Shown: positions 9,494-19,562, counted from the first letter of the stretch. The stretch: 64,000 nt of DNA from Candidatus Giovannonibacteria bacterium RIFCSPHIGHO2_12_FULL_44_22 (GCA_001778695.1 MFHU01000004.1:210-64209), one strand, 5' to 3'. Program-made: numbers and translations. Notes: generated by a model not told the origin, from the sequence alone.

Positions 9494-9844
9494 ATGCCGC
9501 GAAGCTTAAAAAAAGGCCCATATACGGATCCGAAATTGCTTAAAAAATTAAGCAAGTTTAAATCCGGCGGGCGAGATATAATCAAAACTTGGTCCAGGAG
9601 GTCGCAAATCGCTCCGGAGATGATCGGATATACTTTTGGAGTGCATAATGGCAAGGATTTTATTTCGGTTGCGGTTTCCGAAGAAATGGTCGGACATCGT
9701 TTGGGCGAATTTTCTCCAACCCGTAAATTCGTGAAGCACGGAGGGAAAATGCAAAAAGAATTGGAAATGCAGGCCAAGGAAGCCGAAAAAACAAAAGCCG
9801 CCGCTTCAACCGCGACAGCATCGGCAGTTCCGGCCAAAAAATAA
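9494..9844 (+). CDS. rpsS: 30S ribosomal protein S19 (Ala/Lys-rich C-terminal extension)
   Basis: [10 protein letters not shown]...[11 protein letters not shown]...[11 protein letters not shown]. Confidence 0.92.
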   Translation: MPRSLKKGPYTDPKLLKKLSKFKSGGRDIIKTWSRRSQIAPEMIGYTFGVHNGKDFISVAVSEEMVGHRLGEFSPTRKFVKHGGKMQKELEMQAKEAEKTKAAASTATASAVPAKK

Positions 9845-9849
9845 AAATT

Positions 9850-10185
9850 ATGGAAGAAATAAAAGCACATTTGAGATATTTAAGAATGGCGCCAAGAAAA
9901 GTAAGATTGGCGGCTGATTTAATCCGCGGAAAATCGGCCGAAGAAGCTGAGGCGGCTTTGGGATTTCTCGCCCGCCGGTCCGCCGAACCTTTAAAAAAGC
10001 TTTTGCATTCTGCCATTGCCAACGCCAAGCATAATTTTAATCTTGAAAAAGAAAATTTGTTTGTAAAAAGCATCAGGGTTGACAAAGGGCCGACCTTAAA
10101 GCGCTTTATGCCGCGCGCCAGAGGAGTGGCTTCGCCCATCAGGAAGCGCGTCAGCCATGTTACCATTATACTTTCAGGAAAATAA
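9850..10185 (+). CDS. rplV: 50S ribosomal protein L22
   Basis: RMAPRKVRLAADLIRGK...PTLKRFMPRARG. Confidence 0.9.
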   Translation: MEEIKAHLRYLRMAPRKVRLAADLIRGKSAEEAEAALGFLARRSAEPLKKLLHSAIANAKHNFNLEKENLFVKSIRVDKGPTLKRFMPRARGVASPIRKRVSHVTIILSGK

Positions 10186-10186
10186 C

Positions 10187-10909
10187 ATGACACACACATC
10201 GCATCCATATGCAATGAGGTTGGGAATTATCAGGCCGTGGAAATCACGCTGGTTTTCCGTTAAGAATTACCAGAAATTCCTGAAAGAAGATGTGTTGTTG
10301 AGAGAGCATCTTGAGGAAAAATTGCGCGGCATGCTGGTGGACGCCATTGAAATTGAAAGATCTCCTTCAACACTCAATGTAATTATAAAAACGGCCCGGC
10401 CGGGACTTTTGATCGGCAGGGGAGGCGAGGGCATAGAAAAATTAAAAAAAGAAGTTGACGCTTTTTTGAAAAAAAAGAGAAAAGGCCTCCGCCAGCCGGC
10501 TGATAGTCCGTCAAAATCTTCAGCTAAAACAGGTCTTAAGCTCACGGTTGAAGAAATAAAATCTCCCGAACAGCATTCTAGAGTAATGGCTGAAACAATC
10601 GCGCAGGATTTGGAAAAACGTCTGCCTTTCAGAAGGGTGCTCAAACATACCATCAGCAAAATAATGTCATCCAAGGGCGTTAAGGGCGCCAAAATCACGC
10701 TTTCGGGGAGACTGGACGGCGCGGAAATGGCGCGGTACGAATGGCTGAAAGAAGGTCAGATTCCTTTGCAGACACTGCGCGCCGATGTTGATTTTGCCAG
10801 AGGCCGCGCGCATTTGCCTTATGGAGATTTAGGAATAAAGGTTTGGATTTATAAGGGAGAAATTTTTAACAAAGAAAAAGATGTTGCTACCCAAAAGAGT
10901 AAAATTTAG
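10187..10909 (+). CDS. rpsC: 30S ribosomal protein S3
   Basis: KH domain + S3 C-terminal domain ([17 protein letters not shown]); internal Lys/Ser-rich insertion; ORF-track start 10157 overlaps rplV, ATG 10187 preferred. Confidence 0.9.
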   Translation: MTHTSHPYAMRLGIIRPWKSRWFSVKNYQKFLKEDVLLREHLEEKLRGMLVDAIEIERSPSTLNVIIKTARPGLLIGRGGEGIEKLKKEVDAFLKKKRKGLRQPADSPSKSSAKTGLKLTVEEIKSPEQHSRVMAETIAQDLEKRLPFRRVLKHTISKIMSSKGVKGAKITLSGRLDGAEMARYEWLKEGQIPLQTLRADVDFARGRAHLPYGDLGIKVWIYKGEIFNKEKDVATQKSKI

Positions 10910-11291
10910 GAAATGGCAGAGGCTGGCTACCAAAAGAAACCTCAAAGAAACCAGAGGCGTGTCTTTGGCTTTTGGGTCCTACGGCCTCAAAGCCGAGGAA
11001 GCTCTTTGGGTAAAATCAAAACAATTGGAGGCGGCCAGAAAAGCTATGACCAATTATATCCAGAGGGGCGGGAAAATCTGGATCCGCATTTTTCCCGACA
11101 AACCAATTACCCAAAAACCGCCGGAGGTGACCATGGGTGCCGGAAAGGGAGACGTGGCCGGATATGTTTTCCCGGTGCTTCCGGGAAGAATAATTTTTGA
11201 AATGGAAGGCGTGACAAAAGAAGTTGCCAAAGAAGCATTGCGCCGCGCTGGAGCCAAATTGCCGATTAGAACTAAATTTGTATCAAGATAA
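10881..11291 (+). CDS. rplP: 50S ribosomal protein L16
   Basis: [11 protein letters not shown]...[12 protein letters not shown].. Confidence 0.92.
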   Translation: MLLPKRVKFRKWQRLATKRNLKETRGVSLAFGSYGLKAEEALWVKSKQLEAARKAMTNYIQRGGKIWIRIFPDKPITQKPPEVTMGAGKGDVAGYVFPVLPGRIIFEMEGVTKEVAKEALRRAGAKLPIRTKFVSR

Positions 11292-11295
11292 TTTT

Positions 11296-11490
11296 ATGGC
11301 AAAGCTTAAAATAAAAGATTTAAAAAATAAAGGCGGGACGGAGCTTGCGGAGCTTTTGTCGGAGGAGCGGGAAAAATTACTTACACTAAAAATGCGCGCC
11401 AGGGAATCCAAAGTAAAAAACGTGAAAGAAGCCAAAGAAATTAGAAAAAATATCGCCCGCATGCTTACAATTCTAAAAATAAACAAATAA
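11296..11490 (+). CDS. rpmC: 50S ribosomal protein L29
   Basis: MAKLKIKDLKNKGGTELAELLSEEREKLLTLKMRA; start chosen at Met after rplP stop. Confidence 0.85.
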   Translation: MAKLKIKDLKNKGGTELAELLSEEREKLLTLKMRARESKVKNVKEAKEIRKNIARMLTILKINK

Positions 11491-11635
11491 TATGCCAGGT
11501 AGTGAAAAAATCGATTGCTTTTCAGTGATATTACATAACCCGATAAATATCTGGCAATTTTACAGTTGGTCGAATTTTGCTATGTTTGGTTTATTAAAGC
11601 ATTATCACTAATCGATTTTTCTACTACCTGGTATG
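11491..11635 (+). repeat. Start-codon-associated hairpin element, long form, copy 2
   Basis: ~80% identical to copy 1 across 137 nt; same termini; 3' ATG = rpsQ start. Confidence 0.85.
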
Positions 11636-11860
11636 GCGCAAGAATTAAAAGGGAAAATAGTTTCAAATAAAATGGCCAAGACTGTGGTCGTGGAAGTTTC
11701 GCGCCTAAAAAAGCACCGCCTTTACGGCAAATTCATGAAAATTTCCAAAAAATATAAAGCGCACGCCGATGAGCAAATTCCGGAAGGCGCCACGGTTATT
11801 ATTAAATCCACCAAGCCGATATCAAAGGATAAAAAATGGCGAGTTTTTAAAATTTTATGA
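11633..11860 (+). CDS. rpsQ: 30S ribosomal protein S17
   Basis: [18 protein letters not shown] aligns with S17 N-terminus; start is the hairpin-element ATG. Confidence 0.9.
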   Translation: MAQELKGKIVSNKMAKTVVVEVSRLKKHRLYGKFMKISKKYKAHADEQIPEGATVIIKSTKPISKDKKWRVFKIL

Positions 11861-12222
11861 TACAACACCGCACCATGCTAAACGTTGCCGACAATTCCGG
11901 AGCAAAACTGGTCCAGTGTATTAAGGTTTTGGGCGGAACTCGTCGCAGGTACGCCGGCATCGGTGATATTGTGGTTGTTTCGGTAAAAATCGCCGAGCCC
12001 AGAAAACCGGTTAAAAGAAAAGAGATTCACAAGGCGCTGGTTGTCAGGCAAAAAAACGCGCTAAGGCGCCAGGACGGATCCTACATCAGGTTTGACGACA
12101 ACGCCGTGGTTATTTTGGACGGCAAGGAGCCGAAGGGAGGAAGAATTTTCGGGCCAATCCCCAGAGAAATAAAAGAAAAAGGTTTTAATAAAATAGTTTC
12201 CTTGGCGGAAGAAATTGTATAA
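11857..12222 (+). CDS. rplN: 50S ribosomal protein L14
   Basis: [17 protein letters not shown]. Confidence 0.96.
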   Translation: MIQHRTMLNVADNSGAKLVQCIKVLGGTRRRYAGIGDIVVVSVKIAEPRKPVKRKEIHKALVVRQKNALRRQDGSYIRFDDNAVVILDGKEPKGGRIFGPIPREIKEKGFNKIVSLAEEIV

Positions 12223-12226
12223 ATAT

Positions 12227-12532
12227 ATGAAAATAAAAAAAGGCGATAATATAATAATAATTTCTGGAAAAGACCGTGGCAAGCAAGGCAAGGTTCTTGG
12301 GGTCTTTCCTAAATCTGAAAAGATTTTGGTGGATGGCGTGGCGCTTCGCAAAAAACACCAGCGCTCGCGAAAGCAGGGCCAGAAAGGCGAGGTTGTAACT
12401 TTGCCGACTCCGTTCCATGTTTCCAATGCCATGCTCTTCTGTAAAAACTGCGGAAGGGGCGCGAGAGCCGGATATAAATTTTCCGGAGATATTAAAACCA
12501 GAATTTGCAAAAGATGCAAAAATGAAATTTAA
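12227..12532 (+). CDS. rplX: 50S ribosomal protein L24 with C-terminal CxxC...CxxC zinc-ribbon extension
   Basis: MKIKKGDNIIIISGKDRGKQGKV KOW motif; C-terminal CKNCG...CKRC; ORF could start at 12215. Confidence 0.85.
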   Translation: MKIKKGDNIIIISGKDRGKQGKVLGVFPKSEKILVDGVALRKKHQRSRKQGQKGEVVTLPTPFHVSNAMLFCKNCGRGARAGYKFSGDIKTRICKRCKNEI

Positions 12533-12537
12533 ATTTT

Positions 12538-13077
12538 ATGCAATCTATCAAAGAAAAATATAAAGAAGCGGTGCCTAAAATAATGAAAGAATTCGGATTT
12601 AAATCGCCGATGGCTGTTCCATCTATTTTGAAAGTTGTGGTAAATGTTGGCACAGGCAAGATGCGTGAAAAAAAAGAAGCGGTGGAGACCGTGGAAAAGC
12701 ATCTAGCGCTGATCACCGGCCAAAAAGCTTCTCCGCGCCCTGCCCGGGTAGCCATCGCTTCCTACAAAACCAGAGAAGGTATGGTGATCGGATACAAGGT
12801 TACGCTTCGTGGCGAGAGAATGTATGATTTTCTGGACCGCTTGATTAATTTTGCCATTCCCAGAACCAGGGACTTCCGCGGGATTCCTTTAAAATCGTTG
12901 GATGCCGGAGGCAATTTGACAGTAGGCATAAAAGAGCATATCATATTTCCTGAAATGATCGGAGAAGACGTAAGGAATATTTTCGGGCTGGAGGCGACAA
13001 TTGTGACCAGCGCGAAAAAAAGAGAAGAAGCTTTGGCTCTTTTTAAATTACTGGGTGTGCCTTTTGAAAAAAACTAA
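12538..13077 (+). CDS. rplE: 50S ribosomal protein L5
   Basis: NVGTGK..., [22 protein letters not shown]. Confidence 0.95.
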   Translation: MQSIKEKYKEAVPKIMKEFGFKSPMAVPSILKVVVNVGTGKMREKKEAVETVEKHLALITGQKASPRPARVAIASYKTREGMVIGYKVTLRGERMYDFLDRLINFAIPRTRDFRGIPLKSLDAGGNLTVGIKEHIIFPEMIGEDVRNIFGLEATIVTSAKKREEALALFKLLGVPFEKN

Positions 13078-13078
13078 T

Positions 13079-13264
13079 ATGGCTAAAACTTCAACATACG
13101 TAAGGTCTCTAAAACCGCCGAAATTTAAAAGCCGCGTGGTCAGGCGCTGTTTTAGATGCTGGCGCAAGCGCGGTTATATGCGCGATTTTGACCTTTGCCG
13201 GATTTGTTTTAGGGAATTGGCCAACGAAGGCCTAATACCGGGGATTAGAAAAAGTAGCTGGTAA
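13079..13264 (+). CDS. rpsZ: 30S ribosomal protein S14 type Z (zinc-binding)
   Basis: 61 aa, CFRCWRKRG...CRICFRE. Confidence 0.9.
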   Translation: MAKTSTYVRSLKPPKFKSRVVRRCFRCWRKRGYMRDFDLCRICFRELANEGLIPGIRKSSW

Positions 13265-13289
13265 CGAGTAAAAATTAGTAATTAGTACT

Positions 13290-13682
13290 ATGACTGACCC
13301 AATCGCGGATATGTTAGTAAGAATAAAAAATGCCCAAGCGGCCAAAAAAGAAACCGCTTCTTTTGAGCATTCCAATATTAAAATGGAAATCGCCAAAGTT
13401 TTGGAGCGCGCCGGCTATCTGGGAAGCATCGAGCGGAAAGGCAGAAAGGGCGGCAAGCAGATAGAAGTAAAGCTTTTATACGACGAATCCGGAGGCCCAA
13501 AAATTTCGGGCGGCAAAAGAGTTTCCAAGCCTTCGCAGAGAATCTACCGGGGATACCGCGAAATTTACGCTTTAAAAAACGGATTTGGAATCGCGATTTA
13601 TTCCACGCCCAGAGGAATTATGACTGGCCGCGAGGCTAGAAAAAATAAATTAGGAGGCGAGGTTTTAATAGAATTATGGTAA
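13290..13682 (+). CDS. rpsH: 30S ribosomal protein S8
   Basis: MTDPIADMLVRIKNA. Confidence 0.95.
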   Translation: MTDPIADMLVRIKNAQAAKKETASFEHSNIKMEIAKVLERAGYLGSIERKGRKGGKQIEVKLLYDESGGPKISGGKRVSKPSQRIYRGYREIYALKNGFGIAIYSTPRGIMTGREARKNKLGGEVLIELW

Positions 13683-13689
13683 AAAATTT

Positions 13690-14235
13690 ATGAGCCGACT
13701 TGCTAAAAAACCAATAACTTTGCCACCGGGCGTATTTGTAAAAAAAGAAGGCGACTTTTGGATTTTTAAGGGGCCGAAAGGGGAGCTTAGAAAATCTTTT
13801 TCTGATTACGTCAATATTGAAGAACGTGACGGCGCTTTTCTAATTTCTCTAAAAAACGATTCCATTAAAAACGCCTATGCTATGCTGGGCACGACCGCCG
13901 CGCTTTTTAAAAATTGCGTTGATGGCGTCCAAAACGGATTTGAAAAGAAACTGGAAATTGAAGGAGTGGGCTACCGCGCACAGATTGACGGCAAGGATTT
14001 AGTTTTATCTTTGGGGTTTTCGCATCCCGTAAAAATTCAGGCTCCGGAAGGCATAACTTTTAAAGTTGAAAAAAATACTATTACCATAAACGGCGTAGAC
14101 AAAGAAAAAACAGGCCTGGTGGCAGCCAAAATCAGGGCGGAGAAAAAACCGGAGCCTTACAAGGGCAAGGGCATACATTACATGGGCGAAGTTATCAGGA
14201 GAAAGGCCGGCAAGAAAGCAGTTTCAACCGCATAG
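13690..14235 (+). CDS. rplF: 50S ribosomal protein L6
   Basis: MSRLAKKPITLPPGV...two L6 repeats. Confidence 0.95.
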   Translation: MSRLAKKPITLPPGVFVKKEGDFWIFKGPKGELRKSFSDYVNIEERDGAFLISLKNDSIKNAYAMLGTTAALFKNCVDGVQNGFEKKLEIEGVGYRAQIDGKDLVLSLGFSHPVKIQAPEGITFKVEKNTITINGVDKEKTGLVAAKIRAEKKPEPYKGKGIHYMGEVIRRKAGKKAVSTA

Positions 14236-14244
14236 CAATTTACT

Positions 14245-14589
14245 ATGGCTCAAAAAAGAAAAATCAGGCATAAGCGCGTAAGAGCAAAAATTTCCGGAAC
14301 CACTCAAAAGCCGCGCCTTTCGGTTTACCGCTCAAACAAACATTTATTTTTACAATTGATTGACGACGAAAAAAATAAAACCTTGCTTTCCGTTTCCGAC
14401 CGGGAATTTAAATCAAAAAAGAAAAATTTAAAGAAATCAGACGCCGCTTACGAAGCAGGCAAGCTTTTGGCAAAAAAAGCCAAAGAAAAAAATATTAAAA
14501 AAGCCGTTTTTGACAGGGGCGGTTACCAATATCACGGCCGGGTGCGCCGAGTAGCCGAAGGCGCGCGAGAAGGCGGATTAGAATTTTAA
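14245..14589 (+). CDS. rplR: 50S ribosomal protein L18
   Basis: RLSVYRSNKHLFLQLIDD...VFDRGGYQYHGRV. Confidence 0.92.
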   Translation: MAQKRKIRHKRVRAKISGTTQKPRLSVYRSNKHLFLQLIDDEKNKTLLSVSDREFKSKKKNLKKSDAAYEAGKLLAKKAKEKNIKKAVFDRGGYQYHGRVRRVAEGAREGGLEF

Positions 14590-14602
14590 CTATTTAACTA
14601 AC

Positions 14603-15064
14603 ATGGCAAGAATTCAAAAACCAAAAAGCGAATACGAGCAAAAATTAATTGACCTAAGGCGCGTGGCCCGCGTGATGGCGGGCGGCCGGCGGTTTACTTT
14701 TCGTGCGGCGATGGTCATCGGCAACCAAAGAGGACAGGTGGGCTTCGGCTTGGGTAAAGCCGCCGATACTTCGCAGGCAATTGAAAAAGCGGTGCGCCGG
14801 GCTAGGCAAAATTTGATTTCCGTGCCGCTGACTAAAGACCAGTCCATTCCGCATGAAATTTACGCGAAATTCGGCAGCGCCAGAGTGATTTTAAAGCCGG
14901 CCAAATCCGGCAAGGGGCTGGTGGCAGGGGGCTCGGCCCGCGCGGTGCTCGCCATGGCCGGAGTGAAAAACGTCAGCGCAAAAATTTTATCGCACACCAA
15001 AAACAAACTCACCAACGCCTTGGCGACTCTGGAAGCGCTGAAAAAATTAAAAACACTGAAATAA
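14603..15064 (+). CDS. rpsE: 30S ribosomal protein S5
   Basis: LIDLRRVARVMAGGRRFTFRAAMVIGN. Confidence 0.95.
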   Translation: MARIQKPKSEYEQKLIDLRRVARVMAGGRRFTFRAAMVIGNQRGQVGFGLGKAADTSQAIEKAVRRARQNLISVPLTKDQSIPHEIYAKFGSARVILKPAKSGKGLVAGGSARAVLAMAGVKNVSAKILSHTKNKLTNALATLEALKKLKTLK

Positions 15065-15072
15065 ATAATTTT

Positions 15073-15501
15073 ATGCAAGTTCATAATCTGTTAAAGTCAA
15101 TCAATAAAAAGCAAAAAAGAATCGGCCGGGGGGGGAAGCGCGGGTCGTTTTCGGGCAGGGGAATTAAAGGGCAAAAAGCTCGTGCCGGCAGACGCGTCCG
15201 CCCGCAGATTCGTGATATTATAAAGAAGATACACAAGCGCCGGGGCTACGGTAGAAACCGGGCCCAGTCGGTAAACGCTGTTAAAGCCAAACCGGCGGTG
15301 GTAAATTTAGGCGCGTTGGACAAAACATTCAAAGGCGGCGAAAAAGTGACCGTAAAACTTTTAGTGGAGCGCGGATTGATTCAAGCTTCTGGCGGAAAAA
15401 TTCCGCAAGTAAAAATTTTAGGCGATGGCGCGCTAACAAAAAAATTGATTTTTGATAAAAATCTTTTAATGTCAAAATCAGCCAAAGAAAAAATCGGCTA
15501 A
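15073..15501 (+). CDS. rplO: 50S ribosomal protein L15 (rpmD/L30 absent between S5 and L15)
   Basis: KRIGRGGKRGSFSGRGIKGQKAR. Confidence 0.9.
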   Translation: MQVHNLLKSINKKQKRIGRGGKRGSFSGRGIKGQKARAGRRVRPQIRDIIKKIHKRRGYGRNRAQSVNAVKAKPAVVNLGALDKTFKGGEKVTVKLLVERGLIQASGGKIPQVKILGDGALTKKLIFDKNLLMSKSAKEKIG

Positions 15502-15502
15502 T

Positions 15503-16768
15503 ATGTGGGAAAAATTCAAACTTATTTTAAGAGACACTGACCTTAGAAGAAAATTTCTTTATCTTTTGGGTTTTTTGGCGGTTTTTCGCCTGATTTCCTC
15601 CATTCCCATTCCGGGGATTGACGCTTTAAGACTCCGCCAATTTTTTGAGGCCAACCAATTTTTCGGGCTATTGAATCTTTTTTCGGGAGGCGCCCTGGGA
15701 AATCTTTCCATTATGATGCTGGGAGTCGGTCCTTATATCACTGGCTCCATTATCATGCAGCTTTTAACAATGATTTTCCCGCAGCTGAAAGAATTGCAGC
15801 AGGAAGAAGGCGAAGCCGGCAAACAAAAATTTAACCAGTATTCGCGCCTCTTAACCGTGCCTTTGGCTTTTGTCCAGGGGTTCGGATTACTCACCATTTT
15901 GGAACGGCAGGGGATTTTGCAGTTTCTGACTTTTTACGAAAAATTCGCCAATGTAATAATTGTCGCGGCCGGTTCTATATTGCTGATGTGGATAGGCGAG
16001 CTGATTTCCGAATACGCCTTGGGAAACGGCGTTTCTTTGCTTATTTTTGCCGGTATTGTAGCCAGCTTTCCTTCCGACCTACGGCAGACTTTTTTGGCTT
16101 TTGACGCCACGCAACTTCCAACACTCATCGCTTTTACGGCGATTGCGATTATAACCGTGGCGGCGGTTGTCTTTATATCGGAAGGCGATAGGCCGGTTCC
16201 GGTTTACTACGCCAAAAGAATTCGCGGCATGCGTATGTACGGCGGCACGACCACTTATCTTCCTTTGAAGGTGAACCAAGCAGGAGTTATTCCAATAATT
16301 TTCGCGCTTTCCATTTTGCTTTTACCTCAAATGATCGCCAGTTTTTTCGCCAATTCCGCTAACATCGTGTTAAAAGTTGTTTCGTCTTTCGTAATTAATT
16401 TTTTCGCGAGTCCATGGCCTTACGCAGCGGCTTATTTTCTTTTGGTTTTTCTTTTCACTTATTTTTACACCGCCGTCACCTTTGACCCGCAATCGGTTTC
16501 CAAAAATCTCCAGCAAAGCGGAGCTTTTGTGCCTGGAATCCGCCCGGGAAATTCCACGGCCGAATTTTTAAGCAAAATCGTCACGCGCATAACTTTCGTT
16601 GGCGCTTTATTTTTGGGCGCGGTGGCGGTTTTGCCGCTTATCTGGAGCGCCATGACCGGCATTTCAACTCTCACTATAGGTGGGACCGCTTTGCTGATTG
16701 TGGTCTCCGTGGTTTTGGAAACCGCCAAACAGGTTGAAGGCCAGCTCTCATTGCGGAGCTATGACTAG
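15503..16768 (+). CDS. secY: Preprotein translocase SecY
   Basis: 10 TM segments, SecY family signatures (GVGPYITGSIIMQLL). Confidence 0.95.
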   Translation: MWEKFKLILRDTDLRRKFLYLLGFLAVFRLISSIPIPGIDALRLRQFFEANQFFGLLNLFSGGALGNLSIMMLGVGPYITGSIIMQLLTMIFPQLKELQQEEGEAGKQKFNQYSRLLTVPLAFVQGFGLLTILERQGILQFLTFYEKFANVIIVAAGSILLMWIGELISEYALGNGVSLLIFAGIVASFPSDLRQTFLAFDATQLPTLIAFTAIAIITVAAVVFISEGDRPVPVYYAKRIRGMRMYGGTTTYLPLKVNQAGVIPIIFALSILLLPQMIASFFANSANIVLKVVSSFVINFFASPWPYAAAYFLLVFLFTYFYTAVTFDPQSVSKNLQQSGAFVPGIRPGNSTAEFLSKIVTRITFVGALFLGAVAVLPLIWSAMTGISTLTIGGTALLIVVSVVLETAKQVEGQLSLRSYD

Positions 16769-16774
16769 GTGTTT

Positions 16775-17377
16775 ATGATAAATCAACCCTACAATTTTAC
16801 TTTTATTGGACGGTCCGGCTGCGGCAAAGGTGCCCAATCGGAACTTCTTAAAAAATTATTGGAGGGAAAAAATGGCCCCGGCAGCGCGCTTTATATTTAT
16901 ACTGGCGCGCGTTTAAGAGAGCTCGCAGGCCACTCGGAGTTTTTTACAGCGAGATTGTTGAATGAAAAAAGTTTAAAATCCGGTGAGCTAACCCCAAATT
17001 CTTTAGCTATTTGGGCCTACACGACCGAATTTATTCACGGAGTGACGGAAAACAACCACATTATTGTAGACGGTTCTCCGCGCGCGGCGCTGGAAGCGCA
17101 AACGCTGGATGAAATGTTTGATTTTTATGGCAGAGAAAACGTTTTTCATGTTTGGCTGAATGTGAGCGAGGCATGGGCAAACGCGCGCATGAAAGAAAGG
17201 GGGCGATTCGATGACAGTCCTGAGAGCATTAAACACCGTTTCGCTTATTATGAAAGAGAAGTTGTTCCGACAATTGAATTTTACAAAAAAGATAAAAAAC
17301 ACAAGCTTATAGAAATCAATGGCGAGCAGACGATAGAAAAGGTTCACGAAGATATTGTAAAAGCGGCGGGATTATGA
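16775..17377 (+). CDS. adk: Adenylate kinase family protein (atypical P-loop GRSGCGKG, short LID)
   Basis: Position after secY; P-loop NMP kinase fold; ORF-track start 16769 is GTG, ATG at 16775. Confidence 0.65.
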   Translation: MINQPYNFTFIGRSGCGKGAQSELLKKLLEGKNGPGSALYIYTGARLRELAGHSEFFTARLLNEKSLKSGELTPNSLAIWAYTTEFIHGVTENNHIIVDGSPRAALEAQTLDEMFDFYGRENVFHVWLNVSEAWANARMKERGRFDDSPESIKHRFAYYEREVVPTIEFYKKDKKHKLIEINGEQTIEKVHEDIVKAAGL

Positions 17378-17517
17378 CCAGGTAGTGAAAAACTTGATCG
17401 CTTTTTTAAAATTTGTTTGCGATATGGGTTTACTGGGTTATATTGTAGTGGTAGGTGTTTAGCGATAGACTATTGAAAGCAATAAATTTTTAATCAAGTT
17501 TTTTACTACCTGGTATG
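17373..17517 (+). repeat. Start-codon-associated hairpin element, long form, copy 3
   Basis: Same termini (CCAGGTAGTGAAA / TTTTACTACCTGG), different interior; adk stop TGA overlaps left flank; 3' ATG = map start. Confidence 0.8.
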
Positions 17518-18267
17518 ATTATTAAAAATAAAAAAGAGCTGGAAATTTTGCGGGAAGGCGGCAAGAGACTTGCCGCCGTTTTAAACAAGGCAGCCAATAA
17601 CGCGATAGAAGGCGTCACGACCAGGGAGTTGAATGATTTGGCGGAAAGTTTAATTTTAAAATCCGGAGGCGCGCCGTCTTTTAAAGGATATAAAGCGCAG
17701 GGAGCTCCGCATCCTTACCCGGATGCGCTTTGTGTTTCAATAAACGAAGAGGTGGTGCATGGGTTGCCGGCTGGTCGCAAATTAAAAAATGGCGATATCG
17801 TTGGGTTGGACATAGGTATGTGGTATGAAGGCCTATGCACTGATACGGCTCTTACTGTTTTGGTTGGCGGAGGGAAAAATAAATTAATTGATGCCACAAA
17901 AAAATCTCTGGAGCTGGGGATTGCCGAAGTCCGCGCCGGCGCGCATGCCGGCGATATTGGTTTTGCGATTCAAAAATATTTGAAGAGTGAGGGTTTTGGC
18001 GTAGTGCGAGAATTGGTTGGGCATGGCGTTGGAAGAGCGGTTCACGAAGACCCGGAAATCCCAAATTGGGGAAAACGCGGCGTCGGACCGGAACTGGTTG
18101 AAAATATGATTATTGCTTTAGAGCCTATGGCCACTGAAGGCGGATATAAAGTAAAACTTTCCAAAGACGGTTGGACATGGCTCACTTGCGACGGCTCCCG
18201 CTCCGCGCATTTTGAGCATACTTTGGTGGTGACAAAAGGCGGGGCGGAGGTATTGACTCTACTTTAG
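17515..18267 (+). CDS. map: Type I methionine aminopeptidase
   Basis: Pita-bread fold metal ligands (D..D..H..E..E), 250 aa. Confidence 0.95.
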   Translation: MIIKNKKELEILREGGKRLAAVLNKAANNAIEGVTTRELNDLAESLILKSGGAPSFKGYKAQGAPHPYPDALCVSINEEVVHGLPAGRKLKNGDIVGLDIGMWYEGLCTDTALTVLVGGGKNKLIDATKKSLELGIAEVRAGAHAGDIGFAIQKYLKSEGFGVVRELVGHGVGRAVHEDPEIPNWGKRGVGPELVENMIIALEPMATEGGYKVKLSKDGWTWLTCDGSRSAHFEHTLVVTKGGAEVLTLL

Positions 18268-18286
18268 ATTTTGCTAGTATTACCTT

Positions 18287-18505
18287 ATGAGGAAAATTGA
18301 TCTACAAAACGTGATTTGGAAAGAGGGCAAATATTATGTTGCCCAATGTTTGAATGTTGATGTTTCTAGTTTCGGCAAAACCAAAAAGGACGCTTTAGCC
18401 AACCTGCAAGAAGCCCTGGAACTTTATTTTGACGGAGCTAAAATATCAGATTTACTGAAAGTGGAGCAACCGACTATCGTGAAGCGCCAACTTCAGTATG
18501 CCTAA
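18287..18505 (+). CDS. hicB: HicB-family antitoxin (UPF0150)
   Basis: KYYVAQCLNVDVSSFGKTKKDALANLQEALELYFDG. Confidence 0.6.
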   Translation: MRKIDLQNVIWKEGKYYVAQCLNVDVSSFGKTKKDALANLQEALELYFDGAKISDLLKVEQPTIVKRQLQYA

Positions 18506-18707
18506 ATTTTATTCTTCGGATTATATCATCAAGGTCCTTCGCAGGAAGGGCTTTGTTTTTGTTTCTCAAAAAGGAAGCCATATGAAATTTCAAAAAGCAA
18601 GTTTGCCATTGACTGTGATCGTTCCGGCTAACCGTAAAGAAATTCCTATTGGCACTTTCCGCTCGATTTTACGGCAATCAAAATTAAAAGATGAAGATTT
18701 TAAATAA
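18498..18707 (+). CDS. hicA: HicA-family mRNA interferase toxin
   Basis: VLRRKGFVFVSQKGSHMKF...LTVIVPANRKEIPIGTFRSILRQ; 8-nt overlap with hicB. Confidence 0.65.
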   Translation: MPKFYSSDYIIKVLRRKGFVFVSQKGSHMKFQKASLPLTVIVPANRKEIPIGTFRSILRQSKLKDEDFK

Positions 18708-18721
18708 TTTCCTCGACAGCT

Positions 18722-18818
18722 GGACATGAGTAACTCGCGACGGCTCCCGCTCCGCCAATTTTGAACATACAGTTGTGGTAACAAAAACCGGCGCGGAAGT
18801 TTTGACTATGCTAAAATA
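18722..18818 (+). pseudogene. Diverged duplicate of the map 3' end (pseudo-fragment)
   Basis: ~80% nt identity to 18168..18267; in-frame TGA; brackets the hicBA cassette. Confidence 0.7.
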
Positions 18819-18823
18819 AAAGC

Positions 18824-19561
18824 ATGCCCAAACCGGATATATATTTGTCTGTTATAGTTCCTGCATATAATGAAGCGGAGAAACTGCCTAAAACTTTAAA
18901 GCGTTTTCAAGAGTATCTGTTTCAACAGGCCTACTCCTATGAAATTATTGTCGTAAACGACGGCGCGAGGGATAATACCGCCGATGTCGTAAGAAATATG
19001 GAGCGAGATATTAAAAATTTGCGTTTTATTGACCGCAAAAAAAATATGGGCAAGGGCTACACGGTGCGCGAGGGGATGCTAGCGGCTTACGGCAGAATTC
19101 GGCTTTTTGCCGACGCCGATAATGCCACCGATATTTCACATTTTGATAAAATGCGCCCGTTTTTTGACAAGGGTTTTGACGCGGTGATTTGCTCAAGAGA
19201 CCCCAAAGACGCCCTAGGCGCCAAACAAGCTGTAGCGCAAGCGTGGTGGAAGCGCGCGCTCGGCAATATGGGCAATTTATATATTCAATGGATGGCGGTT
19301 CCGGGGATTTGGGACACTCAATGCGGTTTTAAAGCGTTTCGCGATTACGCCGCCGAAAAAATTTTTTCCGCGACAAAAATAAACAGATGGGCTTTTGACG
19401 TGGAAGTTCTGGCACTGGCCAAGCGCTTCGGATATAAAATTGGGATTATTCCGGCAAACTGGGTTAATGACCCGCGCTCTAGCGTAAAATTTATGGCGTA
19501 TTTTCACACCCTTTGGGAGGTTTTTAAAATCAGGAGGTTGTTAAATAAATTAAAAATTTAA
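18824..19561 (+). CDS. Family 2 glycosyltransferase (Dpm1/ArnC-like)
   Basis: VIVPAYNE...IIVVNDGARDNT...DAD motif. Confidence 0.8.
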   Translation: MPKPDIYLSVIVPAYNEAEKLPKTLKRFQEYLFQQAYSYEIIVVNDGARDNTADVVRNMERDIKNLRFIDRKKNMGKGYTVREGMLAAYGRIRLFADADNATDISHFDKMRPFFDKGFDAVICSRDPKDALGAKQAVAQAWWKRALGNMGNLYIQWMAVPGIWDTQCGFKAFRDYAAEKIFSATKINRWAFDVEVLALAKRFGYKIGIIPANWVNDPRSSVKFMAYFHTLWEVFKIRRLLNKLKI

Positions 19562-19562
19562 A

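Noticed and set aside
16769-17377. Stop-codon reassignment (UGA=Gly as in some CPR lineages)
   Set aside because: Several well-aligned genes terminate at TGA where homologs end (adk, P-type ATPase, comEC), and no conserved gene is interrupted by in-frame TGA.
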